DNA of 64,000 nt from positions 1 through 64,000 of the forward strand of contig JAZKDQ010000003.1 of the NCBI GenBank assembly GCA_040387495.1, written 5' to 3'. Positions 9,197-20,073 of the stretch are shown in pieces (within the stretch, counting starts at the first letter, position 1; the number at the start of each line of letters is the position of its first letter). A program made the translations under genes and the position numbers. The notes under the pieces are model-generated. The model was not told the origin of the DNA and did not search any database. It saw only the letters and a list, made by a program, of their open reading frames with translations. The DNA comes from Pseudomonadota bacterium. Lineage in GTDB: Bacteria; Pseudomonadota; Alphaproteobacteria; Paracaedibacterales; CAIOTO01.

Positions 9197-10506
9197 GTGC
9201 ATTAACCCCCCGTGAAATTGTTGCTGAACTTGATCGTTTTATTGTCGGGCAAACAGATGCAAAACGTGCTGTGGCTATTGCTCTGCGGAATCGTTGGCGA
9301 CGTCTTCAGTTGCCTCCTGAATTGATCGATGAAGTCTTGCCTAAGAACATATTAATGATTGGGCCAACGGGTTGCGGTAAAACAGAAATTGCACGACGAC
9401 TTGCAAAATTAGCGCAAGCCCCTTTTATTAAAATTGAAGCGACTAAATTTACTGAAGTTGGCTATGTAGGACGTGATGTAGAACAGATCATTCGTGATTT
9501 GGTTGAGATATCAATTCAAATGTCAAAAGAACGTATGCGGGAAGAGATTAAAGTAAAAGCCACTGCTCTTGCTGAAGAGCGCGTGTTAGATGCATTGGTC
9601 GGTGAGTCAGCAAGTCCTGAAACACGCTTGAAGTTTCGTCAAAAATTACATGATGGCGAATTGAACGATCGCGAAATCGATATTCAAGTGCAAGACAATA
9701 GTAATATGTCCATGCCTACAATGGATGTGCCGGGCATGCCGGGCGCGCAAATGGGGATGCTCAACCTTGGTGATATTTTTGGGAAAGCATTTACTGGGAG
9801 TCGCACAAAAGACCAGCGTATGACTGTGCTTGAGGCGCACGATATACTTGTAGAAGATGAATCTGAAAAGTTGCTTGATCAAGACAAAGTTGTTCGTGAA
9901 GCGCTAGAGGCCGTTCAGCAAAATGGCATTGTGTTCTTGGATGAAATTGATAAGATTTGCGCGCGGTCAGAAAGACAAGGCGCGGATGTGAGCCGGGAAG
10001 GGGTGCAACGTGATTTGTTGCCGTTGATTGAGGGCACAAATGTTTCAACAAAGTATGGCACGGTTAAGACGGATCATATCCTGTTTATTACATCGGGTGC
10101 ATTTCATTTGGCAAAGCCATCAGATCTGTTGCCAGAATTGCAGGGGCGTTTGCCTATTCGTGTGGAATTAAAGGCGCTGACGCGTGAAGACTTTGTGCGT
10201 ATTTTGACAGAGCCAGAGGCAAATCTGATTTGCCAGGCCAAGGCTTTACTTGCAACTGAAGGGGTTAAGTTAGATTTTGATTTAGCTTCAATTGAAGAGA
10301 TTGCACGTCTAGCAGCTGAGATTAATCAGAATGTGGAAAATATTGGTGCGCGTCGTTTGCATACGATATTAGAGAAATTGCTTGAGGAATTGAGTTTTGA
10401 TGCCTCTGATCGTGTGGAGAAATCAGTATGTATGACGGCAACTGATGTGCAGGAAAAAGTCGGAGAGCTTGCAAAAAATCAGGATCTATCTAAGTTCATT
10501 TTGTAG
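9193..10506 (+). CDS. hslU: ATP-dependent protease ATPase subunit HslU
   Basis: [38 protein letters not shown]-domain, C-terminal DLSKFIL; ATGA overlap with hslV. Confidence 0.98.
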   Translation: MSALTPREIVAELDRFIVGQTDAKRAVAIALRNRWRRLQLPPELIDEVLPKNILMIGPTGCGKTEIARRLAKLAQAPFIKIEATKFTEVGYVGRDVEQIIRDLVEISIQMSKERMREEIKVKATALAEERVLDALVGESASPETRLKFRQKLHDGELNDREIDIQVQDNSNMSMPTMDVPGMPGAQMGMLNLGDIFGKAFTGSRTKDQRMTVLEAHDILVEDESEKLLDQDKVVREALEAVQQNGIVFLDEIDKICARSERQGADVSREGVQRDLLPLIEGTNVSTKYGTVKTDHILFITSGAFHLAKPSDLLPELQGRLPIRVELKALTREDFVRILTEPEANLICQAKALLATEGVKLDFDLASIEEIARLAAEINQNVENIGARRLHTILEKLLEELSFDASDRVEKSVCMTATDVQEKVGELAKNQDLSKFIL

Positions 10507-10550
10507 AATTAACTGTATATTTTTGCTTATCCATATGGCTTGCATGACTG

Positions 10551-10590
10551 CCGTCATGGCTAATTCCTCAGGGGTGTGGCCATCCAGAGA
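10551..10590. repeat. Half copy of the palindromic intergenic repeat (family A)
   Basis: CCGTCATGGC...GTGGCCATCCAGAGA matches the left half of the copy at 49445. Confidence 0.55.
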
Positions 10591-10655
10591 GATAAATGTG
10601 CATGAAGCAACCAGCTATTTATAGTTGTCCTCTCAAAAGATGGTTATATTCTGCT

Positions 10656-10737
10656 GTCATTGCGAGTCCTGCAAGGGCGTGGCAATCTGGCTCTTAGTCA
10701 CAATAGATTGCCGCGTTACTACGTTCCTCGCAATGAC
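10656..10737. repeat. Palindromic intergenic repeat, family A (RPE/REP-like)
   Basis: GTCATTGCGAG...CTCGCAATGAC perfect 11-bp ends with inner GCGTGGCAATCT/AGATTGCCGCGT stem. Confidence 0.8.
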
Positions 10738-10991
10738 GAGAGAGCAAAGGTTTCTCCTTAACTAGTGGCAGTGAAACCCATAGCCTGCCAAACAAATTCC
10801 ATATAGTGTCATCTTGTCATTTAATAAAAATATGTGTCTAATTTGACACATACGGGCGAATTATTGCGATCTTTTCCCGGACAGGCTCTTTACGTGTGCA
10901 GTAGATGATGCTAGGTTTTGGCTAAATTAAGAATAAATGTTGTTCATACAATTCAAAAGAATAATTAATAAGAATAGAGTTAATAAACAAG

Positions 10992-12716
10992 ATGAAATTT
11001 TCTAATAAATTATTTAAAATTCAAGCTAAAATTTCTGTGTCAGCTTTTATCCTGATAGGAAGTGTCTGTCATTTGGGCGCGTCCGATGACTTGTCTGCTG
11101 GTGAATTTGATGAACGTCTTCTTACTGGTGTATCGAGTTTTGGGACGCCAGTGCAAGGTAGGTCTGAATTTAAAGCAGCAGGTTACTCTAGTAAAGGCAA
11201 TCACCGTGATTCTTTGGATTCAGTGTCTTCGCAGTCTCCTGTACATGTGAGACAGCTAAAGAAGAATATTGGTAATCAGCAGCAAGGCAAAGTTGAAGAG
11301 TTTGCGCGCCCGAGAAACATAAATAGGCAAGAAAAACCAAGTGTAGTTGCGAATCCGTCAGGCGGATTAGAGAGAAGTTTAAGTGTACTTAATAATCCTC
11401 AACTGATTACTAATGCACTTGCTAAAAAAGTCCGTGGTGATGAGGGGCGTGGGCGAGACGGAGGTCGTGGTCGTGGCTCTGGTTCTGAGAGAGCCTGGTC
11501 TAAGCAGAAAACGCCTGAAGTACTTTTTGATGCAGTGTATTCTGGTAATAAGCAAAATAGAAATAGCCCTGGTTTTTTTGGCCGTGTTGGATACTCATCA
11601 AACCCTAACCAAGGCACATTGAGTGTTGGGGAAACGTTGCTTTTTACGTCACCTATAAAATCTCCTGTAAAAGAAATATCTCCTAGAAAAGAATCTGTTG
11701 GAAAAGCTTTGCTTGAACGGCTGAGTCATGAGAGTGAAGGTGCTGTGGTGCTGCATGGTCGTGGTGATGCATTGGCTGTTCTTACGGCAAAATCGAGTGA
11801 CGAAATTACTCTGCATGTTGCAGGAAAAGATAGAAAAACAACAATTGAACAAATGGTTGCTAGCGTTGATGTTACTGATGCAAATAAACAATTGTCATTT
11901 CAGAAGCACTATTTCCACTGCCTAAAGCTTAGCGAAGTTGATCGGACAGCTTATCTCGAGCTATTGCTAGCTAAGCCTGAGTTTAAAGGGCAGACGTTGA
12001 AGACTGCGTGGAAGTTTTTGCAAGAAAGTGCTGATTCAGCTTATACATCCTTACGTGGATTTTTTATGGCCGGTAACTTGAGAGATAAAATGCACGCCGA
12101 ATTCATTCGAAATATTTTGGCTGAGTCTCAAACTGTGATAAGTCAGAATCAAACGTTAGTGACTACTTTACGTCAAGCATACGCTACAAGTTCCTCGTCA
12201 GCTATTTCAAAAGAGTTTGCTGCAAATCCAACTGGTGTACTTAGTTTGGATACAAGTGAATGGACTACGAGTCAATTTTCAAAGTGCATAGAATTTATCG
12301 TCAATCAATTTGTTGGATCGCAAGAAACAACTAATATTCAAGCGAAGTCAATGAATAAATTAATAACAACTTTTTCCAAACGGAGTGATGAATTAGCAGC
12401 AGAAAATGCAGAATTGAACGTTGAACTTATAGAATCGAAAAGTAAACTGAGAATAACAGCAAAAACTATTAATGATTTAAAAGAAGAAAACTCTGAATTG
12501 AAGACTAGTCTTAAAGAATCGAAAATTAAATTAAGAGCATCAGTGGCAACAGCTGAGCTGTTAACAGAAGGGCAATCAAAATTGGAAGCGGAGCTTAGAG
12601 AATTGCGTGCTCTTCGAGAGACTTGGCAGATAGAGAGGTCAACTTTAGCTGATAGAGTTGCAGAGTTGTTAGAAGAAAATCGAGAGTTGAAAGCAGTGAA
12701 AAAAACACCAGCTTAG
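10992..12716 (+). CDS. Hypothetical exported protein: disordered N-half, C-terminal coiled coil
   Basis: 574 aa; hydrophobic segment SAFILIGSVCHLGA then SDD; RG-rich patch; L/E/K heptads over roughly the last 110 aa. Confidence 0.75.
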   Translation: MKFSNKLFKIQAKISVSAFILIGSVCHLGASDDLSAGEFDERLLTGVSSFGTPVQGRSEFKAAGYSSKGNHRDSLDSVSSQSPVHVRQLKKNIGNQQQGKVEEFARPRNINRQEKPSVVANPSGGLERSLSVLNNPQLITNALAKKVRGDEGRGRDGGRGRGSGSERAWSKQKTPEVLFDAVYSGNKQNRNSPGFFGRVGYSSNPNQGTLSVGETLLFTSPIKSPVKEISPRKESVGKALLERLSHESEGAVVLHGRGDALAVLTAKSSDEITLHVAGKDRKTTIEQMVASVDVTDANKQLSFQKHYFHCLKLSEVDRTAYLELLLAKPEFKGQTLKTAWKFLQESADSAYTSLRGFFMAGNLRDKMHAEFIRNILAESQTVISQNQTLVTTLRQAYATSSSSAISKEFAANPTGVLSLDTSEWTTSQFSKCIEFIVNQFVGSQETTNIQAKSMNKLITTFSKRSDELAAENAELNVELIESKSKLRITAKTINDLKEENSELKTSLKESKIKLRASVATAELLTEGQSKLEAELRELRALRETWQIERSTLADRVAELLEENRELKAVKKTPA

Positions 12717-12956
12717 CGCACGGACAAGCTGCTAAAAAGAAGTAATATATAGTTTTTTGGGTTGTTGATACGTTTTTTTATTGTTATCTGTACGTTCTGA
12801 GTAGGCTATAACTGTTTGAATTGTTAATAATAATTAGTCTCTTTTTTTGTTGTTATACCTGCCTTTCAATAATTGAGGTTAATAATAAAAGATATCACAA
12901 TCTTTTTTTCTTAAAATAGTTTAAGAAATAATAATAAATATTAAGGAGAATTAAAA

Positions 12957-13967
12957 ATGAGTAAAAATAAATTTTTTGTTGCATATGTGGCGACATTACT
13001 AAGTTCATGCGCCGTGTTTTCAGCGGACTTCGACGAAGGTGCTGGACAATCTCACGTGACATTTAGTGCATCTACTGCTATGTCTGAGACGCCAAAGAAG
13101 GTAGATCTAGGTGGAGTTACTTATGATCTGACTCCAGACACGGCACGATATATTACTAAGGAAAAAGCTACGATTTTAGGTACTCCTGGCCTGAAAGCTG
13201 AAGTTGAAAATGAATTCGCAGGTAAACGGATACCTGAACGACATTTAAGCATGAAGAAAGCTGCTGCTATTTCAGATAAAAAATTTGAAAGAGCCCAAAA
13301 AATGACACAACTTTCTCAAAGGGCAAGTCTAAATCAAGAAAAAGTGAGCGAACAACAACGTAATAAAAAACTTCTGGCGAGTGCCCAAAAGCGTGACGTT
13401 GAACATGATCAGGTAGCGCGTGCTTTACAAGAGACGTTATCAAAACAGCGTAGCGCTGTAGTGGCGTTGCAAGATAAGTTATCTCAGAGCGATGTTTCTG
13501 TAATTGATTTGGTATCAAAGGTTGATGTGTTTAAAAAAGCTCTTTCTCAGCTAGAAGCAGAGAAAGAAAAGGCATCCGCTGAAGATACAGAATTCTTCGC
13601 AGAGCTTGAAGCTAAAATGAATACCATGACAACACAGTATGAGCTTGCGCAAAAGGCACTTTTGAGTGAAAAGGCTGCTGCAAATCAATTGAGAGCAGAT
13701 TTAGCTCATAAAGAGGCTAGTCTACAGGCGACTAAGAGTAAAGAAGCCGCATTACTTACTAGTTTAAGGGGAATGGCTCTGTCAGGTGCTTCTTTAGATG
13801 CTGAGTTTGAAAATGCTGGTTCAGAAGATGAGAATGGATTTGAAGGTGCAGGTTCAGAAGATGAGTTGCATAACTCTGGCGCAGCTGCTGCGCAGGTTCC
13901 TCAACAAAATGAACATCAAAAACCTACAGCAACGCTTCTTGAGGATGATGATTTAGAGGCCTTCTAG
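12957..13967 (+). CDS. Hypothetical exported coiled-coil protein with acidic tail
   Basis: 336 aa; AAGGAG RBS; signal peptide MSKNKFFVAYVATLLSSCAVFS; long helical A/E/K/Q region. Confidence 0.78.
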   Translation: MSKNKFFVAYVATLLSSCAVFSADFDEGAGQSHVTFSASTAMSETPKKVDLGGVTYDLTPDTARYITKEKATILGTPGLKAEVENEFAGKRIPERHLSMKKAAAISDKKFERAQKMTQLSQRASLNQEKVSEQQRNKKLLASAQKRDVEHDQVARALQETLSKQRSAVVALQDKLSQSDVSVIDLVSKVDVFKKALSQLEAEKEKASAEDTEFFAELEAKMNTMTTQYELAQKALLSEKAAANQLRADLAHKEASLQATKSKEAALLTSLRGMALSGASLDAEFENAGSEDENGFEGAGSEDELHNSGAAAAQVPQQNEHQKPTATLLEDDDLEAF

Positions 13968-14287
13968 ATTCTACTTTTAGTTTCCTTCGCGCGATGTGAG
14001 AACTTATGTGCTCTCCGATCATGTCGGAGGAAACTGATAGTAATAAATGCTTATTTTGTAAGTGACGCGCTATGTATAAAGATTTTGTTAGACTGAGTCG
14101 CTGCTATTTCTCTGGGTGGTGTGTTTTGCTGAATCCTCCTGGTGGGCATGCCACAGAGAAGCTAAATTCTGCCTTGCATCATGTGCATGGAAAACTTTAT
14201 TCGTAGACATCCTTAAAATCAATGCTTATAATTCAATAAAATTTTAATTAGCAATACGTTCCCTTTTTTTGTAGAAATAATAATTAA

Positions 14288-15073
14288 ATGAAAAAAAAAT
14301 GTTTTCTACTTTTTTCTTATCTGTTTTTTTTGTGTAATATCCAAGTTTTTGGCCAAGGCAGTGCAACTGCATCGCATTCATTATTAATGTATCGCATTGG
14401 TGCAGGCATTGCCGCTGAGTATGCATCAATTGAGGGGCATTTGAAAAATAGGCCTTTGAATCCTGAGGATGACGCTAATCCCGCGAACGAAAATTTCGCT
14501 TCAGACGCACATCATTCGTGTCGTAAGTTTCAAGTTTCACCTGGTGTTGAGCTTGGAGTCTTTATTGCGAAAGATTATTATTTAGGTTTGGCAGTTAGTT
14601 ATCACAATACTAATGCACAAAATGTGATGTATACGTCAATAGGCCAAGCTATTCATTTTGAACATGAACTGAAATTAAAGTCATATACAGATTTATTTTT
14701 GAAGTTTGGGTATAAAATTATGCCGAAAATAATGTTCTACGGTTTGCTTGGCCCATCGTTTGCAAATTGGTCCCATAATTCAAAGACAATTTATTATAAC
14801 ACTACGTTGAAGCGTAAAAGCGTAGAAGCATTGTCGCAAATGAACAAAAAAACAACTGGTTTAGGGGTTGGTACTGGAGTTGAATATTTTATAAACGAGA
14901 AATATTCAATAAATCTTAATTATACAATTAATATGCATAAGGCAAACAAATTGCGTTACCGGTCTAGCTATAATACTGATACTTGGGATCCTGTTTATAC
15001 TGATGTCCAAAAAAGCGTCCGTCTTATGTACTCCACAATTGGGGTGCGCTTTTCGTATTTCTTTTCATTCTAA
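14288..15073 (+). CDS. Outer-membrane beta-barrel protein (OmpA-TM/opacity-like, probably 8 strands)
   Basis: Signal peptide; amphipathic strands (LFLKFGYKI, GLGVGTGVEYFI); terminal YSTIGVRFSYFFSF with C-terminal Phe. Confidence 0.8.
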   Translation: MKKKCFLLFSYLFFLCNIQVFGQGSATASHSLLMYRIGAGIAAEYASIEGHLKNRPLNPEDDANPANENFASDAHHSCRKFQVSPGVELGVFIAKDYYLGLAVSYHNTNAQNVMYTSIGQAIHFEHELKLKSYTDLFLKFGYKIMPKIMFYGLLGPSFANWSHNSKTIYYNTTLKRKSVEALSQMNKKTTGLGVGTGVEYFINEKYSINLNYTINMHKANKLRYRSSYNTDTWDPVYTDVQKSVRLMYSTIGVRFSYFFSF

Positions 15074-15128
15074 TAATAAGGGTGTGGTTGCGTTCGATTT
15101 TCTCTCTGTATAATGGTTGCATTCCGTC

Positions 15129-15208
15129 GTCATTGCGAGGCTTGAAGGGACGTAGCAATCTGGCTCTTTAGTACATAGATCTCCGCCTCACGTTGTTCCT
15201 CGCATGAC
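15129..15208. repeat. Palindromic intergenic repeat, family A
   Basis: GTCATTGCGAGG...GCAATCTGGCTCTT...CCTCGCATGAC; close match to 10656-10737. Confidence 0.78.
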
Positions 15209-15294
15209 GAAAGAGAGGGCCAAAAACCATTTGAAAGAAGTATATATCTCTTACTTTTCTTTTTTATGTAGCCCCATGTTAACGTGCACTTAAG

Positions 15295-15325
15295 AAAAAA
15301 GTCTCCTCCACAGGAGGCTTTTTTT
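15295..15325. terminator. Intrinsic terminator (possibly bidirectional)
   Basis: AAAAAAGTCTCCT-CCAC-AGGAGGCTTTTTTT. Confidence 0.7.
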
Positions 15326-15444
15326 ATGAATATGCATTATTCCTTTTCTCCAGGCCAAAAATCCTTTATCTTTCAATAAGTTATTATGAACTTCGTTGGC
15401 TTTTGATGCCATGCGGCTAATCTTTTACAAAGGAATCATGTTTA

Positions 15445-16743
15445 ATGACATTCCAAAATGAATCTGCACATGCACCTATGGGCATGCTTGATGACACTTC
15501 TTCTTCATCGTCAAGTGCAATACCTCCCTCAACGACGAAATCGCCGCGTATTCAGCTGTGGCACAAAGTCTTAATGGGGCTTATTGGCGGTATTGTAACT
15601 GGCTTTATCTTGGGCGACTATGCTGTATACCTAAAACCCATTGGTGATATCTTTATTAGATTGATCAAAATGATCGTCATGCCATTGATATTTTTCTCGA
15701 TCATTAACGGGCTCAGCAATATTAAAGACGCAAACCAGTTGGGGCGTATCGGCATCAAAGCTGCTTCTGCTTTTGTGGTATGTACATGTTTTGCGATTTC
15801 TTTGGGGATGCTAGCTGCATGGTTATTTCAACCGGGAGTCGGTCTTGTACTTAAAGCAACGACTACGCCAACCCCTCAGGTATTTGATGCCGTCAAGATG
15901 TTGTTGGATATTATTCCAGACAATATCATTGGTGCAATGGCACAAGGCACGATTATGCAAGTTGTGTTCTTTTCAATTTTCTGCGGTATTACATTGGTTA
16001 TGATGGGTGAAAAAGCGAATCGGATTTTCTTAACAGTGAAAGACCTTACAGAGGTTGTATTGACCATGATTCGTATGATCGTGCGTTTTGCGCCTGTTGC
16101 CGCATTTTGTTTGATGGCATGGTGTGTTGGTACGCAAGGCACGGCGGTACTCTATAGCCTTAGCAAACTTGTGATGGCTGGGGTGTTCGCGTTTGTGATT
16201 CAGTACTTTGTTTTTGGTGGTCTTATTATGGTATGGGGGCGGTTGTCTCCACTGCCGTTTTATCGGAAAAGTTTCGAATACCAAGCCATGGCGTTTTCGA
16301 CCAGCAGTACTAAGGCTGCACTACCGGTGACGATGTCTGTGTGTCATGACAAGATGGGCGTATCTAAGCTTAGTTCATCATTTATTCTACCGTTGGGTGC
16401 AACCATAAATATGGATGGATTGGCGATCTATTTGGGCTTGTGTGCGATTTGTTTTGCACAAGCAGCTGGGCACACGCTGACTTATGGTGAATATGCGACG
16501 ATTATGTTTACAGCAACGTTGGGTTCGATTGGCGGCGCAGGGATACCAAGTGCTGCAATTGTGATGCTGCCAATGATTCTTGGGGCAGTTAATTTGCCGC
16601 TGGAAGGTGTATTGCTGATTACTGGTATTGACCGTTTGATGGATACGTTCCGCACAACGATTAGTATTACAGGTGATGCAGCCGTAACGTTGGTGGTTGA
16701 TAGCAGCGAAGGTATGTTGGATCGCGATAAGTATTATAGCTAA
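15445..16743 (+). CDS. Dicarboxylate/amino acid:cation symporter (DAACS, GltP-like)
   Basis: FIRLIKMIVMPL, AFSTSSTKAALP, LPLGATINMDG, GIDRLMDTFRT motifs. Confidence 0.95.
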   Translation: MTFQNESAHAPMGMLDDTSSSSSSAIPPSTTKSPRIQLWHKVLMGLIGGIVTGFILGDYAVYLKPIGDIFIRLIKMIVMPLIFFSIINGLSNIKDANQLGRIGIKAASAFVVCTCFAISLGMLAAWLFQPGVGLVLKATTTPTPQVFDAVKMLLDIIPDNIIGAMAQGTIMQVVFFSIFCGITLVMMGEKANRIFLTVKDLTEVVLTMIRMIVRFAPVAAFCLMAWCVGTQGTAVLYSLSKLVMAGVFAFVIQYFVFGGLIMVWGRLSPLPFYRKSFEYQAMAFSTSSTKAALPVTMSVCHDKMGVSKLSSSFILPLGATINMDGLAIYLGLCAICFAQAAGHTLTYGEYATIMFTATLGSIGGAGIPSAAIVMLPMILGAVNLPLEGVLLITGIDRLMDTFRTTISITGDAAVTLVVDSSEGMLDRDKYYS

Positions 16744-16816
16744 ATTTTAGCTTTGCCTTCTGCCCCATTCAGGTTAAACTAATACATAAAAATTAGTTTA
16801 ATTTGAAAGAGAAAAA

Positions 16817-18259
16817 ATGACATACACTATCACACTTATTCCTGGCGACGGCATTGGCCCCGAAGTTACAACGGCAGCGCGCCGAATTATAGATGCGACG
16901 GGAGTTTCCATTAATTGGGAGGTGTGTGAGGCAGGTGCAGAAGTTTTTAAAAAGGGCCAAGCAACCGGCGTTCCTCAAGAAACGATTGATTCAATTGTAC
17001 GTAATAAAGTTGCGCTAAAAGGACCACTTGAAACACCTATTGGTTTTGGCGAGAAAAGTGCAAACGTAACGCTTCGTAAATTATTCGAAGCCTATGGTAA
17101 TATCCGTCCTGTTCGTGAAATTCCAGGTATTAAGACGCCTTATCAAGGGCGCAACATTGATTTTGTGATCGTACGTGAGAATCTTGAAGATCTGTATGCA
17201 GGCATTGAGCATATGCAGACTCCTGGTGTTGCACAATGTTTGAAAATTATTTCACGTAAGGGCTGCGAGAAAATTGTCCGTCTTGCTTTTGAAATTGCGC
17301 GCGCAGAGGGCCGTAAATCGGTCCATTGTGCAACAAAAGCAAACATCATGAAATTAAGCGAAGGGTTGATGAAGCGCACCTTCGAAGAGATCGCTTCGGA
17401 ATATACAGAAATCAAAGCAGAGCACATTATTGTTGATAACGCAGCGCACCAATTAGTTAGAAGTCCTGAACAATTTGAAGTGATTGTAACAACAAATATG
17501 AATGGTGACATTTTAAGTGACTTAGGGTCAGCGCTTATTGGCGGGCTTGGTTTTGCGGCAAGTGCGAATATTGGTGATGATTATGCTATTTTTGAGGCAG
17601 TTCATGGATCTGCACCAAAGTATGCCGGTAAGAACAACATCAATCCAACAGCTGTTTTGATGTCAGGTATCATGATGCTTCGCCATTTGGGAGAGTTTGA
17701 GGCTGCTAATGCGATTGAACAAGCTTTGTATGTTACCTTTGATGTAGACGGTACGCAATTGCGTGATACAAAAATCGGAGAGGGTGCTGTATCTACAACA
17801 ACATTTACGGATGCCGTGATTGGCAATTTAGGGAAAAAGCACCTGACGTGCGCATCACGTGTTTATAATCCTATTAAGTTACCAAAGGTTTCGAAAGCAC
17901 CTGATCTTGTGAAGGTGACAACACGCCAAGTAAATGGACTTGATATATTCTTGGAATCTTCGGTTGCTGTTACAGATGTTGGTGCTAAACTTGAGACTGC
18001 TGTTGAGGGGACTCCTGTTCGTCTTAAAATGATTTCAAGCCGTGGTGTTAAATTGTATCCAGGCACAAATCCTGTAGCCGATGTTGTGGATATGTTGACA
18101 GTACGCTTAATCGTTCGCGAGAGTACATATGATCTAACTGACTCTGATATTGCCTCTATTATGGCAAAAATTGCGCCTTGTTATCGTTGGAACCACATCG
18201 AAAAATTGAATGTGTTTGATGGTAAAATTGGATATACAAAGTCACACGGCGAAGAATAA
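16817..18259 (+). CDS. icd: Isocitrate dehydrogenase, long form with C-terminal extension
   Basis: LIPGDGIGPEV, KSANVTLRK, VRENLEDLYAGIEH, NMNGDILSDL, FEAVHGSAP; 480 aa. Confidence 0.95.
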   Translation: MTYTITLIPGDGIGPEVTTAARRIIDATGVSINWEVCEAGAEVFKKGQATGVPQETIDSIVRNKVALKGPLETPIGFGEKSANVTLRKLFEAYGNIRPVREIPGIKTPYQGRNIDFVIVRENLEDLYAGIEHMQTPGVAQCLKIISRKGCEKIVRLAFEIARAEGRKSVHCATKANIMKLSEGLMKRTFEEIASEYTEIKAEHIIVDNAAHQLVRSPEQFEVIVTTNMNGDILSDLGSALIGGLGFAASANIGDDYAIFEAVHGSAPKYAGKNNINPTAVLMSGIMMLRHLGEFEAANAIEQALYVTFDVDGTQLRDTKIGEGAVSTTTFTDAVIGNLGKKHLTCASRVYNPIKLPKVSKAPDLVKVTTRQVNGLDIFLESSVAVTDVGAKLETAVEGTPVRLKMISSRGVKLYPGTNPVADVVDMLTVRLIVRESTYDLTDSDIASIMAKIAPCYRWNHIEKLNVFDGKIGYTKSHGEE

Positions 18260-18265
18260 TCTTGC

Positions 18266-18376
18266 GTTCAAAAGGCATTAATTAGTGGATCATTTTGCGG
18301 TATCTCAGTGCTCATGTATAAAAGTGTATACTCCGTCCTTGATCCTTTCCCTCGCGCTACTTAATGCTTTTTGAAC
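18266..18376. repeat. Palindromic element, family B (RPE-like)
   Basis: Ends GTTCAAAAGGCATTAA / TTAATGCTTTTTGAAC (15/16 inverted match); core GTGCTCATGTATAAAAGTGTATACTCCG. Confidence 0.6.
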
Positions 18377-18408
18377 ATGATTTTAAAATGATTGAAATGA
18401 GTACGTAA

Positions 18409-19779
18409 ATGAATACACGTGTTGAAAAAGATACAATGGGATCAATCGATGTTGAGGCGTCTCGCTATTGGGGCGCACAAACAGAGCGATCACGTCGTAA
18501 TTTTAAAATAGGTAGCGAGAAAATGCCTATTGCACTTATTCATGCCTTTGCACATTTAAAATGTATTGCGGCGGAAGTGAATGGAGCGCTTGGGTATTTA
18601 AACCCAACGTGGGTCGAGGCAATTAAAATTGCTGCGAATGAAATTGTGGAAGAGAACTTAGATGACCATTTTCCACTTGTTGTTTGGCAAACGGGGTCTG
18701 GTACACAAACAAACATGAACGTGAACGAAGTGATCGCGCACCGTGCAAACATGCATTTGGGTGAAGCGGGTACCATACATCCGAATGATCACGTAAATAT
18801 GGGACAATCATCAAATGATACCTTTCCTACGGCCATGCACATTGCAGTGGCACTTGCAGTGCAGAAACAATTATTGCCTGCACTTCGCCATATGCAAACA
18901 GTACTCGCAGATAAAGCGAAAGAATTTGAGCATCTTATTAAGGTGGGACGAACACATTTGCAAGATGCTACTCCTGTAACACTTGGCCAGGAATTTAAGT
19001 GTTATGCAACACAAGTACGTCTTGGGATAGAGCGTATTGAATCCACAATGCCGCGTGTATACAGTTTGGCGCAAGGCGGTACGGCTGTTGGTACGGGGCT
19101 CAATTGTCCTAAGGGATTTAAAGAAGCGTTTGCGACACGATTGAGTGAACGGCTTGGCATTCCTTTTAAACCAGCGGATGATTTATTTGAAGCACTTTCT
19201 ACGCATGATGCGCTTGTTGAATTATCCGGGCAACTTAATGTGTTAGCTGTTAGTTTTATGAAAATTGCGAATGATATTAGGTGGCTCGGGTCTGGACCAA
19301 GGTGCGGTCTTGGTGAGATTTTCTTGCCAGAGAATGAGCCAGGCTCATCAATCATGCCAGGCAAAGTGAATCCAACTCAGGCTGAAGCGACGACGATGGT
19401 CTGTTGCCAAGTTATAGGGAATCATACGGCGATCACGATGGCGGGTTCACAGGGACATTTTCAACTTAATGTTTTCAAGCCTGTTATTATTCGTAATCTT
19501 TTACATTCAATTACGTTGTTGGCAGATGCCTCAATGAGTTTTTCGAATAATTGTTTGCTTGGTATAACAGCAAATGAGAAACAGCTTAAAGAGAATGTTG
19601 AAAAGTCTCTCATGTTAGTAACTGCTTTGAATCCTATTATCGGCTATGAAAAAGCAGCTCATGTTGCTAAATGTGCATTAAATGATAATTTAACCCTTAA
19701 AGAGGCTACGCTTAAACTGGGATATATGACAGCTCAGACTTTTGATGCGGCTGTCGTCCCAGAGCATATGTTAAGTTAA
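18409..19779 (+). CDS. fumC: Class II fumarate hydratase
   Basis: [45 protein letters not shown] signature. Confidence 0.98.
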   Translation: MNTRVEKDTMGSIDVEASRYWGAQTERSRRNFKIGSEKMPIALIHAFAHLKCIAAEVNGALGYLNPTWVEAIKIAANEIVEENLDDHFPLVVWQTGSGTQTNMNVNEVIAHRANMHLGEAGTIHPNDHVNMGQSSNDTFPTAMHIAVALAVQKQLLPALRHMQTVLADKAKEFEHLIKVGRTHLQDATPVTLGQEFKCYATQVRLGIERIESTMPRVYSLAQGGTAVGTGLNCPKGFKEAFATRLSERLGIPFKPADDLFEALSTHDALVELSGQLNVLAVSFMKIANDIRWLGSGPRCGLGEIFLPENEPGSSIMPGKVNPTQAEATTMVCCQVIGNHTAITMAGSQGHFQLNVFKPVIIRNLLHSITLLADASMSFSNNCLLGITANEKQLKENVEKSLMLVTALNPIIGYEKAAHVAKCALNDNLTLKEATLKLGYMTAQTFDAAVVPEHMLS

Positions 19780-20073
19780 CAATAAATAAACTGTGCTTTT
19801 TTATCGTCTTATATGCATTTAATATCGAAACAGCTATAAAGAAATTCTTATTTTTTTATTTTCCATAAGAATCTTAATTTTTGCAAAACACAATCCATAT
19901 TTATAATTCTTTTGATTTCAAGTAATATTAATATATTTTTGTTAACCTTTTGTTAAATATTTATCTGATATATTATAGATGATAGTTAAATAAATATTGA
20001 TATTGATAATTTTCTTATTAAAAATAAAGTTTGATATAATTTATTAATAATTTGAATCGAGGGGATTTTAAGT

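Noticed and set aside
13580..13612. FFAT motif (EDTEFFAELE) in the 336 aa protein
   Set aside because: Key D-A core positions are missing and it lies within a predicted coiled coil
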